This document shows, piece after piece, positions 31,737 to 41,043 of a DNA stretch of 64,000 bases (positions within the stretch are counted from its first letter, which is position 1; each line of letters begins with the position of its first letter). A model generated the notes under the pieces. The model was not told the origin of the DNA, did not search any database, and saw only the letters and a program-made list of their open reading frames with translations. The stretch comes from Alphaproteobacteria bacterium (GTDB taxonomy: Bacteria; Pseudomonadota; Alphaproteobacteria; SHVV01), in NCBI GenBank assembly GCA_965261735.1, contig OZ253470.1, positions 1,952,001 to 2,016,000 of the forward strand, written 5' to 3'. Both the position numbers and the translations under genes were made by a program.

Positions 31737-31930
31737 CGGACGAACCCCCAGCGTCGCCGAAAACGTCGGGGACGGCGTTGCCTGCCGCCGGAACGCCGGC
31801 GTCAGGGCTGGTCGATTGGAACTCGGCTCTTCGCCCTAGCGCGCCGTGCCGGATCACCGCTCACCTCACTGTCTCCAATGACTGGAGACCTAAGGATGGC
31901 GTGATCCTTGGCTGGTCTCATTCAAAATAA

Positions 31931-32590
31931 TTAGCGTCTTTTTCGGTATTCGGACGAGAGGGTTTGGACCGAGCGCCAGGCGTCCTCGCCGTAGTCATAG
32001 TTTCTCGCAACGATGCGAGCAGCGAGCTCTGCCGGCGGATAGGGCAGGCGGGTCCAGCCGGCGGCCCTACCTTCACGGGCCTTCCGCTTGATGAGCTGCT
32101 GCGTGTGGCGCCTGTACACACCATTGACGATCATATCGCGCTGACGCTTGTCGATTGGCGGCAGTGGCGGTCGACCCCGGGGCGGCTTGATATTCCCGGT
32201 GAAGAACTTACAGATGTACTCCAGCAAAACATCCGGGATCTCGCCGGTGTTTTCACGTCGTAAGACATCGGCGAGTTCCGGTCCGCTGACATAGTCGCCC
32301 GACTGTATTCGTTCCGTGATGTGCTCCAGGCAGCACCGGTGGATCTCTCCGAGGTGTTGACCTTTGGAGTGGGGAACTTTCGGCCGACCTCTCCGTCTCC
32401 TGACTTCTCCGGCGAGCAATCGGCACACGTAGTCCAAGAAGATTCTCGAGAATGGAAGCGTATCCCTACTTTGGAGGGCGTCCGCAAGCTTCTCACCGTC
32501 GATGTAGTCACCTTTATCTATGCGCTGTGTTAACCATCCGACGAGATCGGTCTCTATCCTAAATTCTACCATCGTTTCTCTCCTGAACAA
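31931..32590 (-). CDS. Hypothetical protein with an internally duplicated domain and RGRP motifs
   Basis: GDYIDGEKLADAL...RRRRGRP is repeated as GDYVSGPELADVL...PPRGRP. Confidence 0.7.
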   Translation of the reverse strand: MFRRETMVEFRIETDLVGWLTQRIDKGDYIDGEKLADALQSRDTLPFSRIFLDYVCRLLAGEVRRRRGRPKVPHSKGQHLGEIHRCCLEHITERIQSGDYVSGPELADVLRRENTGEIPDVLLEYICKFFTGNIKPPRGRPPLPPIDKRQRDMIVNGVYRRHTQQLIKRKAREGRAAGWTRLPYPPAELAARIVARNYDYGEDAWRSVQTLSSEYRKRR

Positions 32591-33169
32591 TTCTTCGGCG
32601 CCAATCTGGTGACCAATTTGTCGAAATCTCTATGAGCAAACAGATGATTGCCTCCGATTTGAGTGGTCAGGTTTGTTCGTTAGTGTGTGATTGCCGTAGG
32701 TCAACGGCAACGATGGTTCCTGGATCCTATCCGCGACGACGAGCACTTGCGTTGAACCCCTCACCGCCCGGACTCCCGCCGGGTGGCGAAGGGGGAGGCA
32801 CAGCTAACTCGGTGCATCTGACGCTGCTGGATGTGCCGAACTAGATCGGTATCGCGCTTCTGCTGCTTCCGCCGCTGATGGCCATGAAGCCCGTAGCGGT
32901 GCCGCCGGCCAACGCAACGATCCCCGTACGCCGGTCGAGGTAGGTCGATTGGGAAAACGCATCGTGGAAACCTACGTCGCGCCTGAAGGCCACCATGAAC
33001 AGTGTCTGGTCGATCTTCATCGGTCCGAGCCTTCGTCTCAGAACGCGTAGCGCAGCAAGAGCCGGAGTCGTGACTCCTGAGCCTCGCCCGCGTTGGAGCC
33101 AGATGGAGCAAACGTCGCCTTCGATTCCCGTCGTGCCGACGCTACGATGTCCTGCAGCGTCACACCGTC

Positions 33170-33665
33170 CGCTTCCAGGCGCCCGTGGCCCGCCACGACC
33201 CGCCGATTCTCGTCGATGAGGATCGGGTTCGTCCAGCCCAAGGTCTGGATGGATCGGGCGATCTGCCGGATCTGCCTTTTGGTATGAGTACAGGCGTTGC
33301 CCGCGTACGGTCGAAGGGTGGAGGTGGCGAATGCGCTCAGACATCGGACAAACCCCCGGCGTCGCCGAAACCGTCGGGGACGGCGTTGTGTGCCGCTGCC
33401 GGAACACGAGCGTCAGGGATGGTCGTTTGGAACTCGGTTCTTCGCTTCAGCGCGCCATGCCAGGTCACCGACCACCTCACTGCCTCCATCGGCGGGAGAC
33501 CGGAGGATCGCGTGATCCTCAGCTGGCGGGTTTGGACCGAGTGCCAAGCGTCCTCGCCGTAGTAATAGATTCTCGCAACGATGCGAGCAGCGATCTCTGC
33601 CGGCGGATAAGGCAGGCGGGTCAAGCCGGCGGCATGACCTTCACGGGCCTTCCGCTTGATGAGGT
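33170..33665 (-). pseudogene. Degenerate second copy of the RGRP-gene 3' end, leader and ParB start
   Basis: Aligns with about 31540-32095 with indels. Confidence 0.75.
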
Positions 33666-33800
33666 TCTCCGTACCGAGCGCCAACACCAGGCCCGAGGTA
33701 TGAAGGGCAGGACACCCGCAGACGTCTTCGTCCGCTGCCTGCCCACACCCAAAACGACCAAGAAGGAAAAGATTGAAGAAAGCCGCCTGAACCAACCCCC
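33665..33800 (+). pseudogene. IS481-like transposase C-terminal fragment
   Basis: ERQHQARGMKGRTPADVF. Confidence 0.45.
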
Positions 33801-33819
33801 TACCGGGAGCGGCCCGCGG

Positions 33820-34030
33820 CCTCGGGATCGAGCCGCCAGGTCTTCAACTGCGTTGGCGTGACGCCCAGCTCGGCAGCCACACTGCTATGCGTCGCACCTG
33901 GCTCCGACAGCCGGGCAACCGACTGATCCTTGTATTCCGGCGAAAATCGCCGCCTCGTCTGCTTTGCCATCTCGTCCCTCCAGGTCGGCATTCAATTTAC
34001 CGCCTGGTCCGGGATCCGGGAGCAACGACA
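33820..34030 (-). mobile_element. IS3-family left end with OrfA fragment
   Basis: MAKQTRRRFSPEYKDQSVARLSEPGATHSSVAAELGVTPTQLKTW. Confidence 0.75.
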
Positions 34031-34069
34031 CACACCCAGCCGCGGCACCGCGCCCGGTGATCGGATAAG

Positions 34070-34978
34070 ATGGCCTACGAACAACGAGGGGATCGCGCGA
34101 TGTCATTCGACGATATGCCTGAGATGCCGCCGATGTTTCTGCCTGGTGCCGAAGAATATGCGGCGCGAATTCTGGCCCGCTCGAAGGATGTGGCGGCGCG
34201 TTATCGGACGGTGATGGACGTCGCTTATGGCGAGGATTACTGGCAGAAGGTCGATTTCTATCTGCCGCAAGACGTTGGCGCCGGTGATCTGCCGGTGCTG
34301 TGCTACATCCATGGTGGCGCCTTCCGCAATGGCTTCAAGGAGTGGATGGGTTTCGTCGCGCCGCCGTTTCTCGAGCTACCCGCGGTTTTCGTGTCGTTCT
34401 CCTATCGCCTGGTGCCGAATGTCATCCAGCCGCGGGTGGTTGACGATTGCTTCGATGCGCTCAAGCTGGTCTACGACGGCGTCGGCGATCATGGCGGCGA
34501 CCCGAATCGCATTTTCGTCGCCGGTCATTCCGCTGGCGCTAATTTGGCGGCGATGCTGGCACTGCGGCGCGACCTGTCGACCGCCCGCGGGATGCCGGCC
34601 GACGTAGTCAAGGGCTGCTTCCCCAATGGGGGCACCTATGATGTGCGGCCGGAAAGCGTTGTGCCGGGAAGCGTGCTCGAGCGCTCCTACGAAGGGCGGT
34701 TCGACACTGAAGATCAAGCTGCGGAGTGCAGCCCGATCCTGTACGCGGCCGGCAACACCACGCCGTTTTTGATCGCCTGGGGCGGCGGCGACCTGGACCA
34801 AGCCAGGGCGTCTGGTCCTAAGCTAGTCGCGGCACTCGGCGGCGAACCGGGTCCCGTGCGCAAACATGTGTGGCCCGACCTCGGCCACTTCGCCGCGAAC
34901 GAAGCGCAGGCCGATCCCGACGATCCATGGACACGGTTGGCCCTGGAGTGGCTGACGTCGCCGCCCACGGCCACGTAG
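34070..34978 (+). CDS. Alpha/beta hydrolase (arylformamidase/esterase-like)
   Basis: YIHGGAF, GHSAG and a C-terminal His (LGHF). Confidence 0.88.
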   Translation: MAYEQRGDRAMSFDDMPEMPPMFLPGAEEYAARILARSKDVAARYRTVMDVAYGEDYWQKVDFYLPQDVGAGDLPVLCYIHGGAFRNGFKEWMGFVAPPFLELPAVFVSFSYRLVPNVIQPRVVDDCFDALKLVYDGVGDHGGDPNRIFVAGHSAGANLAAMLALRRDLSTARGMPADVVKGCFPNGGTYDVRPESVVPGSVLERSYEGRFDTEDQAAECSPILYAAGNTTPFLIAWGGGDLDQARASGPKLVAALGGEPGPVRKHVWPDLGHFAANEAQADPDDPWTRLALEWLTSPPTAT

Positions 34979-35126
34979 GAAATCGTATGGCGTTGCTCAT
35001 AATGCGTTCTCCTCGAAATACGAAGACCGGCTTGAGTTCGTTCGCGGTTAGGTTATCGTGGATTTCACCGAGCCTTAGCACATGCTCGAAAGCCGCCATG
35101 CATCGGGGTGTCGAGGTCGTCATCGG

Positions 35127-35690
35127 TCATCGGGCTGTGATCCGCCCTTCGATCGCCGGCGCGACCGTGCCGGCCGCAATGATGTGATCGATCAGCTGGC
35201 CGGCCATCAGGGTGCCCGACGCCGAGTCGACCAGCACCTCGCCCGCCCTGAACACGCGATAATCGTCGCCGCCGCGCGCGAGGAAATTGTTGGTCGCAAG
35301 CGTATAGGTCTTGCCATCCTCCAGCGTTGCACGGCCCACCGTGACGCTCGTCACGCGGTCGCCCGGAGGTCTGCGCGCGTCGAAGGTAAAGGCGAGACCC
35401 GAGATCTGCGGGAAGCGGCCCGAGGGGTTCTCCGCCCGGCTCACGCCGGTCTCCAAGGCTTCTCGCACCTGGGCGCCGGTGAGGCGGAGCACCACGGTCT
35501 TGTTGCCGAAGGGAAGCTCCGTCAGTACCATCTTGCGGGTGAGCTTGGTGCCGGGCGGATAGACCGTGTCGCCGCGAATGCCGCCGCCGTTAGTGAGCGC
35601 GATATCGCTGCCTGTCGCCTGCCGCATGGCGTCTGCCAGCAGATTGCCGAAGGCGGTCTCGGCCGATCCGCGGGCTTGTGTTGTGGTCAG
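35127..35690 (-). pseudogene. 5'-nucleotidase C-terminal domain fragment
   Basis: ETAFGNLLADAMR, NGGGIR, LPFGN, FPQISGL and FLARGGD. N-terminal part is lost at IS6/IS1111 ends. Confidence 0.85.
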
Positions 35691-35710
35691 GAGGGCGTTG
35701 TCAGGCATTG

Positions 35711-37068
35711 TCATGTATGGACGCCCCCGGTGTTGCAAGGGAGAAACTGACTTAAAACGGCGGTAGAGCTTGCAGTCATGTATCCGGCCTTTGCGCTGCG
35801 GTACGCTGACCGCTGGCCCTGATGGAATCCGAAAGATCGACGCCCAGTCAGATTAACGAGCTCAAAGCTCTGACAATGCCTCGGGTTTGGCCGATCTCGG
35901 GTGGAGCCCTGTTTCGCCATCAAATCGTCGTTACCCTCGCAAGTTTGTATCCGCTTTCCAGCTGGTCAGGCGGGCGACGGTCGGTAGATACGCTCGTATC
36001 TGAGCAGTGCCCAGGCGACGCGGGCTGTCTTATTGGCCATGGCGACCAGCACGACGTTTGTCGGCCGCCGCGCCAGGAGCCGGTCGGTCCAGCCAGGCCC
36101 CGTGCCCGGCTTGGCGCGGCGCCAGCGCAGCACGCTTCGCGCACCATGCACGAGCAAGCGCCTGATATAGCCATCCCCGCGCTTCGAGATCCGCCCCAGC
36201 CTGTCCTTGCCGCCACTCGAGTGTTGTCGGGGCACGAGACCGAGCCAGGCCGAGAGCTGCCGGCCCGAGCGAAACTGCGCGCCATCTCCGATCGTCGCGA
36301 CCAGCGCCGTCGCGGTGATGACACCGACGCCGGGGATCGTCGCAAGCCGGCGGCTCGCCTCGTTGGAGCGGTGCCAAGCCAAAAGCGTCGCCTCCAGCTG
36401 CTTGATCCGGGCCTGAGCGGAATGGAGCTGCTCAACCAGAGAGCCAAGCGCCTCGCGTGCCAGAGGGGGCAGTCGCACATCACCGGGATCTTCGATGATG
36501 GCAACCAGTTCCTCCACCTTCGACGCCCCTTGAGCGACGATCAGTCCGAGCTCCGCACAGTGGCCGCGAAGCGCATTGATCACCATCGTGCGTTGACGGA
36601 CCAACAGCTCACGGGCCCGGTGCAGCATCAAAACCGATTGCTGCTCGGCGCTTTTCGCCGGCGCAAAGCGCATCGTCGGACGCGTCACCGCCTCGCAGAT
36701 CGCTTCCGCATCCGCCGCGTCGTTCTTGTTCGTCTTGACGAAGGGGCGAACGTATTGAGGCGGGATCAGCCGGACCTCATGGCCCAGCGCTTGTATCTCA
36801 CGCGCCCAGTAGTGCGCACTGGCGCAGGCTTCCATGCCGACAAGACATGATGGCAATCCGGCGAAGAACGCCAACACCTTCCCGCGGCGCAGCTTCCGCC
36901 GTAGTACCGCTCGCCCCTCACCATCAGCACCGTGAACCTGGAACACCGTCTTTGCCAGATCAAAACCGATTGTTGTAATATCCATCGTGGACGCTCCCTC
37001 TGTCTGGAGTTCAAACCAAACTCCATTCTGGCGCACTCGACGCCGAAAAGGGGGCGCCCATACCATCA
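35711..37068 (-). mobile_element. IS1111 complete copy 3 (variant), CDS 35966..36985
   Basis: Same end architecture, with a variant left end and non-coding region. Confidence 0.95.
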
Positions 37069-37250
37069 GAGTAAATGGGCTTGAGCTAAAAAGTAAGATC
37101 TCGTAGCCTCCGGCGATGCACAATCCTTTCCGTTATTTCAACAGTTCGCCTGTGGCAATCCGCAGCGCGGTGATGCTGTATGTCCGTTACCCCTTGTCGC
37201 AGAGCCGTGCGGTACTGGTAGATTCTTCAGTTCCGACCCAGTTAGTCTGA
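37066..37250 (+). mobile_element. Internally deleted IS6 element, both IRs interrupted by IS1111 copies 3 and 4
   Basis: MHNPFRYFNSSPVAIRSAVMLYVRYPLS (37116..) lies between TCAGAGTAAATGGG and CCCAGTTAGTCTGA. Confidence 0.8.
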
Positions 37251-37660
37251 TGGTATGGACGCCCCCTTTTCGGCGTCGAGTGCGCCAGAATGGAGTTTGG
37301 TTTGAACTCCAGACAGAGGGAGCGTCCACGATGGATATTACAACAATCGGTTTTGATCTGGCAAAGACGGTGTTCCAGGTTCACGGTGCTGATGGTGAGG
37401 GGCGAGGGGTACTGCGGCGGAAGTTGCGCCGCGGGAAGGTGCTGGCGTTCTTCGCCGGATTGCCATCCTGTCTTGTCGGCATGGAGGCCTGCGCCTCTGC
37501 GCACTATTGGGCTCGGGAGCTGCAGGCACTCGGGCACAAAGTGCGGCTGATCCCGCCTCAATACGTACGTCCCTTCGTCAAGACGAACAAGAACGACGCG
37601 ACGGATGCGGAAGCGATCTGCGAGGCGGTGACGCGTCCGACGATGCGCTTTGCACCGGCG
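37248..37660 (+). mobile_element. IS1111 copy 4, 3'-truncated (CDS from 37331)
   Basis: Left end TGATGGTATGGACGCCCCC and MDITTIGFDLAK...TMRFAPA. Confidence 0.9.
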
Positions 37661-37783
37661 TGGCCAAGTCCCAGGTGAGCCGGCCGTCGGCACGCACCCG
37701 CACCGTCTCGCGCGGCGGCTTCGCCGTCCGCGCCGCCAGCTAATCCACAGCTCGCCGCCTGCGGATCCAGGAGCGGATCGGCG

Positions 37784-38362
37784 ATGTCGAGCGCTGATGG
37801 CGGCCCGGTCGTGAACGCCATGGCCGGGCGTCTGCAGCCGGTGCTGGTGCTGGTGGGCGTGATCTGGGCGGTCGAGATCGTCAACCTGCTCACTGGCCAT
37901 GTGCTGGTGTCGTGGGGAATCCTGCCGCGTTCTCTGAGCGGCCTGATCGGCATACCGCTGGCGCCGCTGATCCATGGCGGTCTCTGGCATACGCTCTCCA
38001 ACACGGTGCCGCTGGCGCTTCTCGGTACGCTTACGCTCGCGAGCGGCCGCAAGCGGTTCTGGCAGACCACGATCGCAATCGCCTTGCTCTCCGGCGCTTT
38101 GGTATGGCTGTTTGCGCGCGAAGCCTACCACGTTGGCGCCAGCAGCCTGGTGTTCGGCTATTTCGGCGCGATTTTGGCGCGCGCCTTCACCGAACGCAGT
38201 CTATCGTCGATGGCGATCGCCTTCGCTACACTGGTGATCTATGGCGGGTTGCTGTGGGGGCTGCTGCCGCTGCGCAACCACATTTCGTTCGAGGGACATC
38301 TGTTTGGCTTTGTCGCCGGCATCGCGGTGGTATGGATTGGTCGGCGATTGGCCCGGGAATAG
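37784..38362 (+). CDS. Rhomboid-family intramembrane serine protease
   Basis: HGGLWHTLSN, HVGAS and SFEGHLFG. Confidence 0.88.
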   Translation: MSSADGGPVVNAMAGRLQPVLVLVGVIWAVEIVNLLTGHVLVSWGILPRSLSGLIGIPLAPLIHGGLWHTLSNTVPLALLGTLTLASGRKRFWQTTIAIALLSGALVWLFAREAYHVGASSLVFGYFGAILARAFTERSLSSMAIAFATLVIYGGLLWGLLPLRNHISFEGHLFGFVAGIAVVWIGRRLARE

Positions 38363-38465
38363 CGTCACCGGATCGGGCTTGGTTAGCGGAGCGAACGGCT
38401 GAGGCGGGGGCGCCTGATCCCTGCGGAAACCGGCTCCCCATGCGCAACTGTCTTGATATTTGTTC

Positions 38466-39571
38466 CTTGCCTATCCGGTTAACGCCCATGACCGCTACAT
38501 GTAGGGTGCCGCCACTCTCCCGAGTAAAGCTCGGCATAGGTTGGAGCAGAGGTGTCGCCCGCGATGCCGAGCAATGAGCGGAAGGCGTTGAACGGGTAGA
38601 ACCGCCTGTTGAAGCGGAAGGTGAACTCGTTGAGGTAGGCTTGTAGGTGCTGGTGGCTAACGCCGTGGTGAGATACCGATCAGCCACGTCTTCAGGTTGG
38701 CGAAAACCAGATGGATGATCGGCAGGTATTGCTCGGCAACCTCTGGATCACCACACTCGGCAACAGCGAAGTGCTCATAGCCGCGCTTACCGAGGCCAGC
38801 ATAGCCGCTCCAATCGTCAGTAACGATCAGCGATCGCGGCGCGACGGTGCTCTCGACGAACCCACAGAGCGACTCGGCGCTACGGTCGAGCACGACGGCG
38901 AGCCGAACGCGTCCGGCATAGCGTCCGTCTTTCCGGTTGTCGAGCTTGGTGCCCGGCTTTCGATGACGCACCTCGATGGCACAGGAGACGGGAACCTTGT
39001 GGTGAACACCACGGCCTTCCCCACGCGTTCGCCCGCCAACCCAGGTTTCGTCCACCTCAACATGGTTCTTGGGCTGTCCACCGATCCTGTCTTGGTTGGG
39101 CCGCACCATGCCCGAGCGGAGCTTGTGGAGAATTTGAAAGGCCGTCTCGTAGCGCGAAAGACCAAGTTACCGCTGAAACTGCACGGCGGACATGCCGGGC
39201 GTCTGACTGGCGACCAGATAAGCGGCCCAGAACCAGACGTTCAGCGGAGTGTGGCTACGCTCCATCACTGTTCCCACCGTCAGCCCGGTGTTCTGGCGGC
39301 ACTTGCGGCAGCGCAGGACGCCAGGGCGGTTTTCAAAGTGGAACGGCTCTCCCGCCGTGCCGTAGTGCGGGCAGGCAAAGCCGTCTCCCCAGCGGGCTTT
39401 CTCCAGGTAGGCGGCGCAGGCCGCATCATCGGGGAAAAGTCGCTGGAACTCGGGTAGCGAATGCGGGAATGGGAGATCGGCGCGGTCGAGAACATCCATG
39501 GCGCGCTCCCCTATATCCGGTTTGCGCCCATTCTAGCCCTAGTGGGTGTGGGTGTAAACCGGATACGCAAG
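38466..39571 (-). mobile_element. IS1595-family element with a pseudogenised transposase (stop at 39167, frameshift near 38660)
   Basis: IRs CTTGCCTATCCGGTTAACGCCCA and the reverse complement CTTGCGTATCCGGTTTACACCCA. VEVDET, VTDDW and YLNEFTFRFNRR. Confidence 0.88.
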
Positions 39572-39600
39572 CTTACGCCATGCTATGTGAAGTGACGGTC

Positions 39601-40254
39601 TTAGACCAGCCGCGGCGCGCCCGCGTCCCGGCCGGCCACCCGCCGCCACCGCGCGAGGTCGGCGGCGCAATCGACGTCGATGAGGGTCTCGAGCCAGGCG
39701 GCGGTGGAGGCTCGCGGCAGGTTGGCCCGTGTATCGGCGAGCGCGTGCGGGCTCGACCAGCGGACATCCGTGAACAGGCTCTTGCGCGGGAACGAGGGGC
39801 CGGTGCGGCGCAAGCCGATGAGCCAGTATCCTCCGTCCGCGGCCGGACCGAACACGACGTCGTCGCGCCGCAACGCCTTGAACGCGGCCGCGACGTGGCG
39901 ACACCCGAGTGCGGGTATGTCGCTGCCCACGATCACCGCGGGCCCCGGCGGCAGCGCCCGAAACACGCGAGCCATACGCCGGCCGAGATCGCCCGTGCCT
40001 TGCGGTGCGCGGTCGACGCCGCCGGGCCAGAAGCCGGGGCCGCGGGCGAAACGGTCCGGCGTGACCGCGAGCCAGCAGCGCCAGCGCGGATCCCGCGCGA
40101 CGCGGGCGATGAGCCGCGCCGTCGTGCGCCGGTAGAACTGCCACGCCGCCACCGCACCGGCCTCGCGGGCGAGCCGGGTTTTGACCGCCGCCACCTGGGG
40201 CGCCTTGACGAAGATCACCAGGTGATTGGTAGGCCGCGCGCGCGGCCTAGCCAT
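39601..40254 (-). CDS. DUF2064 / TIGR04282-type glycosyltransferase
   Basis: VKTRLA, QGTGDLGRRM, GSDIP, GPAADGGYWLIG and DVD. Confidence 0.88.
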   Translation of the reverse strand: MARPRARPTNHLVIFVKAPQVAAVKTRLAREAGAVAAWQFYRRTTARLIARVARDPRWRCWLAVTPDRFARGPGFWPGGVDRAPQGTGDLGRRMARVFRALPPGPAVIVGSDIPALGCRHVAAAFKALRRDDVVFGPAADGGYWLIGLRRTGPSFPRKSLFTDVRWSSPHALADTRANLPRASTAAWLETLIDVDCAADLARWRRVAGRDAGAPRLV

Positions 40255-40969
40255 AGATCCTGACGATCAGGCGCGGCGGCAGGCCGAGGAAGTACAACGC
40301 CAAACAGAAGAGGTTGCGCAGGCTGCGCCATGAGTAGCCGGCGCGCTCGAAGCGGGCGGCCGAGGTGACCGCGGCACACGGCAACAAGGTCAGGCGGGCG
40401 CGACCGATACGGCGCACGAGATCGACATCCTCCATGATCGGCAGCGGGCGGATGCCACCAATCTGTGCCAGAAAGGCGCGGTGGATGAGCAGCCCCTGGT
40501 CGCCGTAAGGTATCCCCAGGGCGCGGTAGCGCCAGGCGACCGCGCGCTCGAGCCGGCGCGCCGCCGCCGATCGAGCGTCGAGAGCGAAGCGAAATACCCC
40601 CGCGGTTGCGCGGTTGCGCGGATCGCCCACGAAGTTGGCCGCGGCTTCCGCCCACCCGGCCTCGAGCCGCGTATCGGCATGGACGAACAATAGCCACTCA
40701 TGAACGGCCGCGGCGGCGCCGGCCGCGAGCTGTGCGCCGCGCCCGGCCGGACCGCGAACGATGCGCGCGCCCCGGGCCTTCGCAAGCTCGAGCGTAGCAT
40801 CGCGCGATCCGCCGTCGGTCACGATAATTTCGGCCGTGAGCCCAGTACGCTCGGTGCTCAGCGAGTCCAGCGTTGCCGCCAGCGTCGCCGCCGCGTGCAG
40901 GGTCGGAATGACGATGCTGAGGCTCGCTGCCGGCGGTTCAGCGTTCCCGGTCACCATGCGCGACATCAT
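40247..40969 (-). CDS. GT2 glycosyltransferase, TIGR04283-type
   Basis: SIVIPTL, DGGSRD, LFVHADT, YGDQG and IMEDV. Confidence 0.88.
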   Translation of the reverse strand: MMSRMVTGNAEPPAASLSIVIPTLHAAATLAATLDSLSTERTGLTAEIIVTDGGSRDATLELAKARGARIVRGPAGRGAQLAAGAAAAVHEWLLFVHADTRLEAGWAEAAANFVGDPRNRATAGVFRFALDARSAAARRLERAVAWRYRALGIPYGDQGLLIHRAFLAQIGGIRPLPIMEDVDLVRRIGRARLTLLPCAAVTSAARFERAGYSWRSLRNLFCLALYFLGLPPRLIVRIYG

Positions 40970-41003
40970 ACTTCACCATCGGCGAGTATCCGTGAGGCGA
41001 TAT

Positions 41004-41018
41004 GTTCTTGCTTTGTTC
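41004..41018 (+). promoter_or_regulatory. LexA (SOS) box
   Basis: GTTCTTGCTTTGTTC matches GTTC-N7-GTTC, upstream of the radical SAM gene. Confidence 0.8.
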
Positions 41019-41043
41019 GATCATTGACGCGTAGACTTTCGCC

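Noticed and set aside
39601-40969. Arsenosugar biosynthesis cluster
   Set aside because: Only the widespread glycosyltransferase pair is present, with no arsenic methyltransferase or ArsS-type radical SAM gene adjacent.
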